DNA of 64,000 nt from Eledone cirrhosa (lineage: Eukaryota), in assembly GCA_964016885.1 (NCBI GenBank), contig OZ024743.1:298220001-298284000 (forward strand), written 5' to 3'. A program made the translations under genes and the position numbers. Positions 12,701-27,700 of the stretch are shown one piece after another (positions within the stretch are counted from its first letter, which is position 1; every line of letters starts with the position of its first letter). Under the pieces are notes generated by a model. The model was not told the DNA's origin and made no database searches. It saw only the letters and a list, made by a program, of their open reading frames with translations.

Positions 12701-15700
12701 TGTCAAATTGGGTGGTAAGCACAAAAAAAAATCCCGATGAAAATTTGTCACACCAAAATCAATATCTTGGTGTAATGTAGTATGGTGTGGTTTGGTGAAG
12801 TTTCTACGAAGATAGTCATTTTCAACACGTTTCCATGTCATAATTATTGATGAGTGGAAAAAAAATAGTCAATTGGGAGCACCTTTAATGTCAGATTGGG
12901 TGGTAAGCACACACACACAAAAAAAAAAATGGAAACGGGAAGAAAATGTTTCACACCAAGATTAATAGCTTGGTGTGATGTAGTATGGTGTAACTTGGTA
13001 TGGTGTGGTTTGGTTTGGTGAAGTTGTGAAATGGAAACCAATTGTAAACGATAGATTCCCATGTCATATTTAACGATAATGTGTCGGAAAATAGTCATTT
13101 GCAAGCACCTTTGATGTTAGTTTGAGGTGGTAATCACAAAACAAAAGCAGGTAGCAAATTTGTCACATTGATGTCCATACCATGGTGTGATGTAAATGGT
13201 AGGAGTAAGTGTGATGTAGTATGGTGTGGTTTGGTGAAGTTTCTACAAAGATAGTCATTTTCGACAGGTTTCCATGTCATAATTATTGATATGTGAAAAA
13301 AAAAGTAAATTGAGAGCACCTTTAATGTCAGATGGGGTAGTAAGCACACAGAAAAAAAAATGTTTCACACCAAGATCAATAGCTTGGTGCGATGTAGTAT
13401 GGTGTAACTTGGTATGGTGTGGTTTATTTTGGTTTGGTGAAGTTATGAAATGGAAACCTATTGTAAACGATAGATTCCCATGTCATATTCATTGATAATG
13501 TGAGGTAAAATAGTCATTTGCAAGCATCTTTGATGTTAGTTTGAGGTGGTAACCACAAAAAAAAAAGCAGGTAGCAAATTTGTCACATTAATGTCCATAT
13601 GATATGTAAATGGTAGGAGTAGGTGTTCTGTAATAAATTTACCATATAGTGAAGTATGGTTATGGTTATAGTGAAGTATATGGTGTGGATTGAGGTAGAT
13701 TAATGTGCTGTGGTGTGCTTTGTTATAAGTGAGGATTTAAATTTCCACTTTGATTTATGTTAGAAAAAAAACTTTTCCTTCATTTTTGCACGTGTTATCA
13801 ACTTCCAAGAAGCTCTCAGTGGACTATGCTTTTAGCATATTAACAAAAAATATGACTTCCGCTGCAATAACAAATGACTAGCTTAGTAAATGGTATTTCC
13901 ACCCACATCCTCCCTCTTTTTTCTACAAAACTAGTCATTTTCGACAGTTTTCCATGTCATAATTATTGATAATATGTGCGAAAAATAGTCAATTGCAACA
14001 CCTTTGATGTCAAATTGGGTGGTAAGCACAAAAATAAAATCCCGGATGAAAATTTGTCACACCAAAATCAATATCTTGGTGTGATGTAGTATGGTGTGGT
14101 TTGGTGAAGTTTCTACGAAGATAGTCATTTTCGACAAGTTTCCATGTCGTAATTATTGATGAGTGGAAAAAAAATAGTCAATTGGGAGCACCTTTAATGT
14201 CAGATTGGGTGGTAAGCACACACACACACACAAAAAAGGAAACGGGAAGAAAATGTTTCACACCAAGATTAATAGCTTGGTGTGATGTAGTATGGTGTAA
14301 CTTGGTATGGTGTGGTTTGGTTTGGTGAAGTTATGAAATGGAAACCAATTGTAAACGATAGATTCCCATGTCATATTTATCGATAATGTGTCGGAAAATA
14401 GTCATTTGCAAGCACCTTTGATGTTAGTTTGAGGTGGTAATCACACAAAAAAAGCAGGTAGCAAATTTGACACATTGATGTCCATACCATGGTGTGATGT
14501 AAATGGTAGGAGTAAGTGTGATGTAGTATGGTGTGGTTTGGTGAAGTTTCTACAAAGATAGTCATTTTCGACAGGTTTCCATGTCATAATTATTGATATG
14601 TGAAAAAAAAAGTAAATTGAGAGCACCTTTAATGTCAGATGGGGTAGTAAGCACACAGAAAAAAAAATGTTTCACACCAAGATCAATAGCTTGGTGCGAT
14701 GTAGTATGGTGTAACTTGGTATGGTGTGGTTTATTTTGGTTTGGTGAAGTTATGAAATGGAAACCTATTGTAAACGATAGATTCCCATGTCATATTTATC
14801 GATAATGTGTCGGAAAATAGTCATTTGCAAGCACCTTTGATGTTAGTTTGAGGTGGTAATCACACAAAAAAAAGCAGGTAGCAAATTTGTCACATTGATG
14901 TCCATATGATATGTAAATGGTAGGAGTAGGTGTTCTGTAATAAATTTACCATATAGTGAAGTATGGTTATGGTTATAGTGAAGTATATGGTGTGGATTGA
15001 GGTAGATTAATGTGCTGTGGTGTGCTTTGTTATAAGTGAGGATTTAAATTTCCACTTTGATTTATGTTAGAAAAAAATCTTTTCCTTCATTTTTGCACGT
15101 GTTATCAACTTCCAAGAAGCTCGCAGTGGACTATGCTTTTAGCATATTAACAAAAAATATGACTTCCGCTGCAATAAAAAATGACTAGCTTAGTAAATGG
15201 TATTTCCACCCACATCCTCCCTCTTTTTTCTACAAAGCTAGTCATTTTCGACAGTTTTCCATGTTATAATTATTGATAATATGTGCGAAAAATAGTCAAT
15301 TGCAACACCTTTGATGTCAAATTGGGTGGTAAGCACAAAAAAAAAATCCCGGATGAAAATTTGTCACACCAAAAAATGGTCAATACCTTTGATGTCAAAT
15401 TGGGTGGTAAGCACAAAAAAAAAAATCCCGGATGAAAATTTGTCACACCAAAATCAATATCTTGGTGTGATGTAGTATGGTGTGGTTTGGTGAAGTTTCT
15501 ACGAAGATAGTCATTTTCGACAGGTTTCCATGTCACAATTATTGATGAGTGGAAAAAAAATAGTCAATTGGGAGCACCTTTAAAGTCAGATTGGGTGGTA
15601 AGCACACACACAAAAAAAAAAGGAAACATGAAGAAAATGTTTCACACCAAGATTAATAGCTTGGTGTGATGTAGTATGGTGTAACTTGGTATGGTGTGGT

Positions 15701-18700
15701 TTGGTTTGGTGAAGTTATGAAATGGAAACCAATTGTAAACGATAGATTCCCATGTCATATTTATCGATAATGTGTCGGAAAATAGTCATTTGCAAGCACC
15801 TTTGATGTTAGTTTGAGGTGGTAATCACACAAAAAAAGCAGGTAGCAAATTTGTCACATTGATGTCCATACCATGGTGTGATGTAAATGGTAGGAGTAAG
15901 TGTGATGTAGTATGGTGTGGTTTGGTGAAGTTTCTACAAAGATAGTCATTTTCGACAGGTTTCCATGTCATAATTATTGATATGTGAAAAAAAAAGTAAA
16001 TTGAGAGCACCTTTAATGTCAGATGGGGTAGTAAGCACACAGAAAAAAAAATGTTTCACACCAAGATCAATAGCTTAGTGCGTGGTAGTATGGTGTAACT
16101 TGGTATGGTGTGGTTTATTTTGGTTTGGTGAAGTTATGAAATGGAAACCTATTGTAAACGATAGATTCCCATGTCATATTCATTGATAATGTGTGGTAAA
16201 ATAGTCATTTGCAAGCATCTTTGATGTTAGTTTGAGGTGGTAACCACAAAAAAAAAGCAGGTAGCAAATTTGTCACATTAATGTCCATATGATATGTAAA
16301 TGGTAGGAGTAGGTGTTCTGTAATAAATTTACCATATAGTGAAGTATGGTTATGGTTATGGTGAAGTATATGGTGTGGATTGAGGTAGATTAATGTGCTG
16401 TGGTGTGCTTTGTTATAAGTGAGGATTTAAATTTCCACTTTGATTTATGTTAGAAAAAAATCTTTTCCTTCATTTTTGCACGTGTTATCAACTTCCAAGA
16501 AGCTCGCAGTGGACTATGCTTTTAGCATATTAACAAAAAATATGACTTCCGCTGCAATAAAAAATGACTAGCTTAGTAAATGGTATTTCCACCCACATCC
16601 TCCCTCTTTTTTCTACAAAGCTAGTCATTTTCGACAGTTTTCCATGTTATAATTATTGATAATATGTGCGAAAAATAGTCAATTGCAACACCTTTGATGT
16701 CAAATTGGGTGGTAAGCACAAAAATAAAATCCCGGATGAAAATTTGTCACACCAAAAAATAGTCAATACCTTTGATGTCAAATTGGGTGGTAAGCACAAA
16801 AAAAAAAATCCCAGATGAAAATTTGTCACACCAAAATCAATATCTTGGTGTGATGTAGTATGGTGTGGTTTGGTGAAGTTTCTACGAAGATAGTCATTTT
16901 CGACAGGTTTCCATGTCATAATTATTGATGAGTGGAAAAAAAATAGTCAATTGGGAGCACCTTTAAAGTCAGATTGGTTGGTAAGCACACACACAAAAAA
17001 AAAAAGGAAACATGAAGAAAATGTTTCACACCAAGATTAATAGCTTGGTGTGATGTAGTATGGTGTAACTTGGTATGGTGTGGTTTGGTTTGGTGAAGTT
17101 ATGAAATGGAAACCAATTGTAAACGATAGATTCCCATGTCATATTTATCGATAATGTGTCGGAAAATAGTCATTTGCAAGCACCTTTGATGTTAGTTTGA
17201 GGTGGTAATCACACAAAAAAAAGCAGGTAGCAAATTTGTCACATTGATGTCCATACCATGGTGTGATGTAAATGGTAGGAGTAAGTGTGATGTAGTATGG
17301 TGTGGTTTGGTGAAGTTTCTACAAAGATAGTCATTTTCGACAGGTTTCCATGTCATAATTATTGATATGTGAAAAAAAAAGTAAATTGAGAGCACCTTTA
17401 ATGTCAGATGGGGTAGTAAGCACACAGAAAAAAAAATGTTTCACACCAAGATCAATAGCTTGGTGCGATGTAGTATGGTGTAACTTGGTATGGTGTGGTT
17501 TATTTTGGTTTGGTGAAGTTATGAAATGGAAACCTATTGTAAACGATAGATTCCCATGTCATATTCATTGATAATGTGAGGTAAAATAGTCATTTGCAAG
17601 CATCTTTGATGTTAGTTTGAGGTGGTAACCACAAAAAAAAAAGCAGGTAGCAAATTTGTCACATTAATGTCCATATGATATGTAAATGGTAGGAGTAGGT
17701 GTTCTGTAATAAATTTACCATATAGTGAAGTATGGTTATGGTTATAGTGAAGTATATGGTGTGGATTGAGGTAGATTAATGTGCTGTGGTGTGCTTTGTT
17801 ATAAGTGAGGATTTAAATTTCCACTTTGATTTATGTTAGAAAAAAAACTTTTCCTTCATTTTTGCACGTGTTATCAACTTCCAAGAAGCTCTCAGTGGAC
17901 TATGCTTTTAGCATATTAACAAAAAATATGACTTCCGCTGCAATAAAAAATGACTAGCTTAGTAAATGGTATTTCCACCCACATCCTCCCTCTTTTTTCT
18001 ACAAAACTAGTCATTTTCGACAGTTTTCCATGTCATAATTATTGATAATATGTGCAAAAAATAGTCAATTGCAACACCTTTGATGTCAAATTGGGTGGTA
18101 AGCACAAAAATAAAATCCCGGATGAAAATTTGTCACACCAAAATCAATATCTTGGTGTGATGTAGTATGGTGTGGTTTGGTGAAGTTTCTACGAAGATAG
18201 TCATTTTCGACAAGTTTCCATGTCGTAATTATTGATGAGTGGAAAAAAAATAGTCAATTGGGAGCACCTTTAATGTCAGATTGGGTGGTAAGCACACACA
18301 CACAAAAAAAAAAGGAAACGGGAAGAAAATGTTTCACACCAAGATTAATAGCTTGGTGTGATGTAGTATGGTGTAACTTGGTATGGTGTGGTTTGGTTTG
18401 GTGAAGTTATGAAATGGAAACCAATTGTAAACGATAGATTCCCATGTCATATTTATCGATAATGTGTCGGAAAATAGTCATTTGCAAGCACCTTTGATGT
18501 TAGTTTGAGGTGGTAATCACACAAAAAAAGCAGGTAGCAAATTTGACACATTGATGTCCATACCATGGTGTGATGTAAATGGTAGGAGTAAGTGTGATGT
18601 AGTATGGTGTGGTTTGGTGAAGTTTCTACAAAGATAGTCATTTTCGACAGGTTTCCATGTCATAATTATTGATATGTGAAAAAAAAAGTAAATTGAGAGC

Positions 18701-21700
18701 ACCTTTAATGTCAGATGGGGTAGTAAGCACACAGAAAAAAAAATGTTTCACACCAAGATCAATAGCTTGGTGCGATGTAGTATGGTGTAACTTGGTATGG
18801 TGTGGTTTATTTTGGTTTGGTGAAGTTATGAAATGGAAACCTATTGTAAACGATAGATTCCCATGTCATATTCATTGATAATGTGTGGTAAAATAGTCAT
18901 TTGCAAGCATCTTTGATGTTAGTTTGAGGTGGTAACCACAAAAAAAAAAGCAGGTAGCAAATTTGTCACATTAATGTCCATATGATATGTAAATGGTAGG
19001 AGTAGGTGTTCTGTAATAAATTTACCATATAGTGAAGTATGGTTATGGTTATGGTGAAGTATATGGTGTGGATTGAGGTAGATTAATGTGCTGTGGTGTG
19101 CTTTGTTATAAGTGAGGATTTAAATTTCCACTTTGATTTATGTTAGAAAAAAAACTTTTCCTTCATTTTTGCACGTGTTATCAACTTCCAAGAAGCTCGC
19201 AGTGGACTATGCTTTTAGCATATTAACAAAAAATATGACTTCCGCTGCAATAAAAAATGACTAGCTTAGTAAATGGTATTTCCACCCACATCCTCCCTCT
19301 TTTTTCTACAAAGCTAGTCATTTTCGACAGTTTTCCATGTTATAATTATTGATAATATGTGCGAAAAATAGTCAATTGCAACACCTTTGATGTCAAATTG
19401 GGTGGTAAGCACAAAAATAAAATCCCGGATGAAAATTTGTCACACCAAAAAATAGTCAATACCTTTGATGTCAAATTGGGTGGTAAGCACAAAAAAAAAA
19501 ATCCCAGATGAAAATTTGTCACACCAAAATCAATATCTTGGTGTGATGTAGTTTGGTGTGGTTTGGTGAAGTTTCTACGAAGATAGTCATTTTCGACAGG
19601 TTTCCATGTCATAATTATTGATGAGTGGAAAAAAAATAGTCAATTGGGAGCACCTTTAAAGTCAGATTGGTTGGTAAGCACACACACAAAAAAAAAAAGG
19701 AAACATGAAGAAAATGTTTCACACCAAGATTAATAGCTTGGTGTGATGTAGTATGGTGTAACTTGGTATGGTGTGGTTTGGTTTGGTGAAGTTATGAAAT
19801 GGAAACCAATTGTAAACGATAGATTCCCATGTCATATTTATCGATAATGTGTCGGAAAATAGTCATTTGCAAGCACCTTTGATGTTAGTTTGAGGTGGTA
19901 ATCACACAAAAAAAAGCAGGTAGCAAATTTGTCACATTGATGTCCATACCATGGTGTGATGTAAATGGTAGGAGTAAGTGTGATGTAGTATGGTGTGGTT
20001 TGGTGAAGTTTCTACAAAGATAGTCATTTTCGACAGGTTTCCATGTCATAATTATTGATATGTGAAAAAAAAAGTAAATTGAGAGCACCTTTAATGTCAG
20101 ATGGGGTAGTAAGCACACAGAAAAAAAAATGTTTCACACCAAGATCAATAGCTTGGTGCGATGTAGTATGGTGTAACTTGGTATGGTGTGGTTTATTTTG
20201 GTTTGGTGAAGTTATGAAATGGAAACCTATTGTAAACGATAGATTCCCATGTCATATTCATTGATAATGTGAGGTAAAATAGTCATTTGCAAGCATCTTT
20301 GATGTTAGTTTGAGGTGGTAACCACAAAAAAAAAAGCAGGTAGCAAATTTGTCACATTAATGTCCATATGATATGTAAATGGTAGGAGTAGGTGTTCTGT
20401 AATAAATTTACCATATAGTGAAGTATGGTTATGGTTATAGTGAAGTATATGGTGTGGATTGAGGTAGATTAATGTGCTGTGGTGTGCTTTGTTATAAGTG
20501 AGGATTTAAATTTCCACTTTGATTTATGTTAGAAAAAAAACTTTTCCTTCATTTTTGCACGTGTTATCAACTTCCAAGAAGCTCTCAGTGGACTATGCTT
20601 TTAGCATATTAACAAAAAATATGACTTCCGCTGCAATAAAAAATGACTAGCTTAGTAAATGGTATTTCCACCCACATCCTCCCTCTTTTTTCTACAAAAC
20701 TAGTCATTTTCGACAGTTTTCCATGTCATAATTATTGATAATATGTGCAAAAAATAGTCAATTGCAACACCTTTGATGTCAAATTGGGTGGTAAGCACAA
20801 AAATAAAATCCCGGATGAAAATTTGTCACACCAAAATCAATATCTTGGTGTGATGTAGTATGGTGTGGTTTGGTGAAGTTTCTACGAAGATAGTCATTTT
20901 CGACAAGTTTCCATGTCGTAATTATTGATGAGTGGTAAAAAAATAGTCAATTGGGAGCACCTTTAATGTCAGATTGGGTGGTAAGCACACACACACAAAA
21001 AAAAAAGGAAACGGGAAGAAAATGTTTCACACCAAGATTAATAGCTTGGTGTGATGTAGTATGGTGTAACTTGGTATGGTGTGGTTTGGTTTGGTGAAGT
21101 TATGAAATGGAAACCAATTGTAAACGATAGATTCCCATGTCATATTTATCGATAATGTGTCGGAAAATAGTCATTTGCAAGCACCTTTGATGTTAGTTTG
21201 AGGTGGTAATCACACAAAAAAAGCAGGTAGCAAATTTGACGCATTGATGTCCATACCATGGTGTGATGTAAATGGTAGGAGTAAGTGTGATGTAGTATGG
21301 TGTGGTTTGGTGAAGTTTCTACAAAGATAGTCATTTTCGACAGGTTTCCATGTCATAATTATTGATATGTGAAAAAAAAAGTAAATTGAGAGCACCTTTA
21401 ATGTCAGATGGGGTAGTAAGCACACAGAAAAAAAAATGTTTCACACCAAGATCAATAGCTTGGTGCGATGTAGTATGGTGTAACTTGGTATGGTGTGGTT
21501 TATTTTGGTTTGGTGAAGTTATGAAATGGAAACCTATTGTAAACGATAGATTCCCATGTCATATTCATTGATAATGTGTGGTAAAATAGTCATTTGCAAG
21601 CATCTTTGATGTTAGTTTGAGGTGGTAACCACAAAAAAAAAAGCAGGTAGCAAATTTGTCACATTAATGTCCATATGATATGTAAATGGTAGGAGTAGGT

Positions 21701-24700
21701 GTTCTGTAATAAATTTACCATATAGTGAAGTATGGTTATGGTTATGGTGAAGTATATGGTGTGGATTGAGGTAGATTAATGTGCTGTGGTGTGCTTTGTT
21801 ATAAGTGAGGATTTAAATTTCCACTTTGATTTATGTTAGAAAAAAAACTTTTCCTTCATTTTTGCACGTGTTATCAACTTCCAAGAAGCTCGCAGTGGAC
21901 TATGCTTTTAGCATATTAACAAAAAATATGACTTCCGCTGCAATAAAAAATGACTAGCTTAGTAAATGGTATTTCCACCCACATCCTCCCTCTTTTTTCT
22001 ACAAAGCTAGTCATTTTCGACAGTTTTCCATGTCATAATTATTGATAATATGTGCGAAAAATAGTCAGTACCTTTGATGTCAAATTGGGTGGTAAGCACA
22101 AAAAAAAATCCCGATGAAAATTTGTCACACCAAAATCAATATCTTGGTGTAATGTAGTATGGTGTGGTTTGGTGAAGTTTCTACGAAGATAGTCATTTTC
22201 AACACGTTTCCATGTCATAATTATTGATGAGTGGAAAAAAAATAGTCAATTGGGAGCACCTTTAATGTCAGATTGGGTGGTAAGCACACACACACAAAAA
22301 AAAAAATGGAAACGGGAAGAAAATGTTTCACACCAAGATTAATAGCTTGGTGTGATGTAGTATGGTGTAACTTGGTATGGTGTGGTTTGGTTTGGTGAAG
22401 TTGTGAAATGGAAACCAATTGTAAACGATAGATTCCCATGTCATATTTAACGATAATGTGTCGGAAAATAGTCATTTGCAAGCACCTTTGATGTTAGTTT
22501 GAGGTGGTAATCACAAAACAAAAGCAGGTAGCAAATTTGTCACATTGATGTCCATACCATGGTGTGATGTAAATGGTAGGAGTAAGAGTGATGTAGTATG
22601 GTGTGGTTTGGTGAAGTTTCTACAAAGATAGTCATTTTCGACAGGTTTCCATGTCATAATTATTGATATGTGAAAAAAAAAGTAAATTGAGAGCACCTTT
22701 AATGTCAGATGGGGTAGTAAGCACACAGAAAAAAAAATGTTTCACACCAAGATCAATAGCTTGGTGCGATGTAGTATGGTGTAACTTGGTATGGTGTGGT
22801 TTATTTTGGTTTGGTGAAGTTATGAAATGGAAACCTATTGTAAATGATAGATTCCCATGTCATATTCATTGATAATGTGAGGTAAAATAGTCATTTGCAA
22901 GCATCTTTGATGTTAGTTTGAGGTGGTAACCACAAAAAAAAAAGCAGGTAGCAAATTTGTCACATTAATGTCCATATGATATGTAAATGGTAGGAGTAGG
23001 TGTTCTGTAATAAATTTACCATATAGTGAAGTATGGTTATGGTTATAGTGAAGTATATGGTGTGGATTGAGGTAGATTAATGTGCTGTGGTGTGCTTTGT
23101 TATAAGTGAGGATTTAAATTTCCACTTTGATTTATGTTAGAAAAAAAACTTTTCCTTCATTTTTGCACGTGTTATCAACTTCCAAGAAGCTCTCAGTGGA
23201 CTATGCTTTTAGCATATTAACAAAAAATATGACTTCCGCTGCAATAACAAATGACTAGCTTAGCAAATGGTATTTCGACCCACATCCTCCCTCTTTTTTC
23301 TACAAAGCTAGTCATTTTCGACAGTTTTCCATGTCATAATTATTGATAATATGTGCGAAAAATAGTCAGTACCTTTGATGTCAAATTGGGTGGTAAGCAC
23401 AAAAAAAAATCCCGATGAAAATTTGTCACACCAAAATCAATATCTTGGTGTAATGCAGTATGGTGTGGTTTGGTGAAGTTTCTACGAAGATAGTCATTTT
23501 CAACACGTTTCCATGTCATAATTATTGATGAGTGGAAAAAAAATAGTCAATTGGGAGCACCTTTAATGTCAGATTGGGTGGTAAGCACACACACACAAAA
23601 AAAAAAATGGAAACGGGAAGAAAATGTTTCACACCAAGATTAATAGCTTGGTGTGATGTAGTATGCTGTAACTTGGTATGGTGTGGTTTGGTTTGGTGAA
23701 GTTGTGAAATGGAAACCAATTGTAAACGATAGATTCCCATGTCATATTTAACGATAATGTGTCGGAAAATAGTCATTTGCAAGCACCTTTGATGTTAGTT
23801 TGAGGTGGTAATCACAAAACAAAAGCAGGTAGCAAATTTGTCACATTGATGTCCATACCATGGTGTGATGTAAATGGTAGGAGTAAGTGTGATGTAGTAT
23901 GGTGTGGTTTGGTGAAGTTTCTACAAAGATAGTCATTTTCGACAGGTTTCCATGTCATAATTATTGATATGTGAAAAAAAAAGTAAATTGAGAGCACCTT
24001 TAATGTCAGATGGGGTAGTAAGCACACAGAAAAAAAAATGTTTCACACCAAGATCAATAGCTTGGTGCGATGTAGTATGGTGTAACTTGGTATGGTGTGG
24101 TTTATTTTGGTTTGGTGAAGTTATGAAATGGAAACCTATTGTAAACGATAGATTCCCATGTCATATTCATTGATAATGTGAGCTAAAATAGTCATTTGCA
24201 AGCATCTTTGATGTTAGTTTGAGGTGGTAACCACAAAAAAAAAAGCAGGTAGCAAATTTGTCACATTAATGTCCATATGATATGTAAATGGTAGGAGTAG
24301 GTGTTCTGTAATAAATTTACCATATAGTGAAGTATGGTTATGGTTATAGTGAAGTATATGGTGTGGATTGAGGTAGATTAATGTGCTGTGGTGTGCTTTG
24401 TTATAAGTGAGGATTTAAATTTCCACTTTGATTTATGTTAGAAAAAAAACTTTTCCTTCATTTTTGCACGTGTTATCAACTTCCAAGAAGCTCTCAGTGG
24501 ACTATGCTTTTAGCATATTAACAAAAAATATGACTTCCGCTGCAATAACAAATGACTAGCTTAGTAAATGGTATTTCCACCCACATCCTCCCTCTTTTTT
24601 CTACAAAACTAGTCATTTTCGACAATTTTCCATGTCATAATTATTGATAATATGTGCGAAAAATAGTCAATTGCAACACCTTTGATGTCAAATTGGGTGG

Positions 24701-27700
24701 TAAGCACAAAAATAAAATCCCGGATGAAAATTTGTCACACCAAAATCAATACCTTGGTGTGATGTAGTATGGTGTGGTTTGGTGAAGTTTCTACGAAGAT
24801 AGTCATTTTCGACAAGTTTCCATGTCGTAATTATTGATGAGTGGAAAAAAAATAGTCAATTGGGAGCACCTTTAATGTCAGATTGGGTGGTAAGCACACA
24901 CACACAAAAAAAAAGGAAACGGGAAGAAAATGTTTCACACCAAGATTAATAGCTTGGTGTGATGTAGTATGGTGTAACTTGGTATGGTGTGGTTTGGTTT
25001 GGTGAAGTTATGAAATGGAAACCAATTGTAAACGATAGATTCCCATGTCATATTTATCGATAATGTGTCGGAAAATAGTCATTTGCAAGCACCTTTGATG
25101 TTAGTTTGAGGTGGTAATCACACAAAAAAAGCAGGTAGCAAATTTGTCACATTGATGTCCATACCATGGTGTGATGTAAATGGTAGGAGTAAGTGTGATG
25201 TAGTATGGTGTGGTTTGGTGAAGTTTCTACAAAGATAGTCATTTTCGACAGGTTTCCATGTCATAATTATTGATATGTGAAAAAAAAAGTAAATTGAGAG
25301 CACCTTTAATGTCAGATGGGGTAGTAAGCACACAGAAAAAAAAATGTTTCACACCAAGATCAATAGCTTGGTGCGATGTAGTATGGTGTAACTTGGTATG
25401 GTGTGGTTTATTTTGGTTTGGTGAAGTTATGAAATGGAAACCTATTGTAAACGATAGATTCCCATGTCATATTCATTGATAATGTGAGCTAAAATAGTCA
25501 TTTGCAAGCATCTTTGATGTTAGTTTGAGGTGGTAACCACAAAAAAATAAAGCAGGTAGCAAATTTGTCACATTAATGTCCATACGATATGTAAATGGGA
25601 GGAGTATGTGTTCTGTAATAAATTTACCATATAGTGAAGTATGGTTATGGTTATGGTGAAGTATATGGTGTGGATTGAGGTAGATTAATGTGCTGTGGTG
25701 TGCTTTGTTATAAGTGAGGATTTAAATTTCCACTTTGATTTATGTTAGAAAAAAAACTTTTCCTTCATTTTTGCACGTGTTATCAACTTCCAAGAAGCTC
25801 GCAGTGGACTATGCTTTTAGCATATTAACAAAAAATATGACTTCCGCTGCAATAAAAAATGACTAGCTTAGTAAATGGTATTTCCACCCACATCCTCCCT
25901 CTTTTTTCTACAAAGCTAGTCATTTTCGACAGTTTTCCATGTCATAATTATTGATAATATGTGCGAAAAATAGTCAGTACCTTTGATGTCAAATTGGGTG
26001 GTAAGCACAAAAAAAAATCCCGATGAAAATTTGTCACACCAAAATCAATATCTTGGTGTAATGCAGTATGGTGTGGTTTGGTGAAGTTTCTACGAAGATA
26101 GTCATTTTCAACACGTTTCCATGTCATAATTATTGATGAGTGGAAAAAAAATAGTCAATTGGGAGCACCTTTAATGTCAGATTGGGTGGTAAGCACACAC
26201 ACACAAAAAAAAAAATGGAAACGGGAAGAAAATGTTTCACACCAAGATTAATAGCTTGGTGTGATGTAGTATGGTGTGACTTGGTATGGTGTGGTTTGGT
26301 TTGGTGAAGTTGTGAAATGGAAACCAATTGTAAACGATAGATTCCCATGTCATATTTAACGATAATGTGTCGGAAAATAGTCATTTGCAAGCACCTTTGA
26401 TGTTAGTTTGAGGTGGTAATCACACAAAAAAAGCAGGTAGCAAATTTGTCACATTGATGTCCATACCATGGTGTGATGTAAATGGTAGGAGTAAGTGTGA
26501 TGTAGTATGGTGTGGTTTGGTGAAGTTTCTACAAAGATAGTCATTTTCGACAGGTTTCCATGTCATAATTATTGATATGTGAAAAAAAAAGTAAATTGAG
26601 AGCACCTTTAATGTCAGATGGGGTAGTAAGCACACAGAAAAAAAATGTTTCACACCAAGATCAATAGCTTAGTGCGATGTAGTATGGTGTAACTTGGTAT
26701 GGTGTGGTTTATTTTGGTTTGGTGAAGTTATGAAATGGAAACCTATTGTAAACGATAGATTCCCATGTCATATTCATTGATAATGTGTGGTAAAATAGTC
26801 ATTTGCAAGCATCTTTGATGTTAGTTTGAGGTGGTAACCACAAAAAAAAAGCAGGTAGCAAATTTGTCACATTAATGTCCATATGATATGTAAATGGTAG
26901 GAGTAGGTGTTCTGTAATAAATTTACCATATAGTGAAGTATGGTTATGGTTATGGTGAAGTATATGGTGTGGATTGAGGTAGATTAATGTGCTGTGGTGT
27001 GCTTTGTTATAAGTGAGGATTTAAATTTCCACTTTGATTTATGTTAGAAAAAAATCTTTTCCTTCATTTTTGCACGTGTTATCAACTTCCAAGAAGCTCG
27101 CAGTGGACTATGCTTTTAGCATATTAACAAAAAATATGACTTCCGCTGCAATAAAAAATGACTAGCTTAGTAAATGGTATTTCCACCCACATCCTCCCTC
27201 TTTTTTCTACAAAGCTAGTCATTTTCGACAGTTTTCCATGTTATAATTATTGATAATATGTGCGAAAAATAGTCAATTGCAACACCTTTGATGTCAAATT
27301 GGGTGGTAAGCACAAAAATAAAATCCCGGATGAAAATTTGTCACACCAAAAAATAGTCAATACCTTTGATGTCAAATTGGGTGGTAAGCACAAAAAAAAA
27401 AATCCCAGATGAAAATTTGTCACACCAAAATCAATATCTTGGTGTGATGTAGTATGGTGTGGTTTGGTGAAGTTTCTACGAAGATAGTCATTTTCGACAG
27501 GTTTCCATGTCATAATTATTGATGAGTGGAAAAAAAATAGTCAATTGGGAGCACCTTTAAAGTCAGATTGGTTGGTAAGCACACACACAAAAAAAAAAAG
27601 GAAACATGAAGAAAATGTTTCACACCAAGATTAATAGCTTGGTGTGATGTAGTATGGTGTAACTTGGTATGGTGTGGTTTGGTTTGGTGAAGTTATGAAA

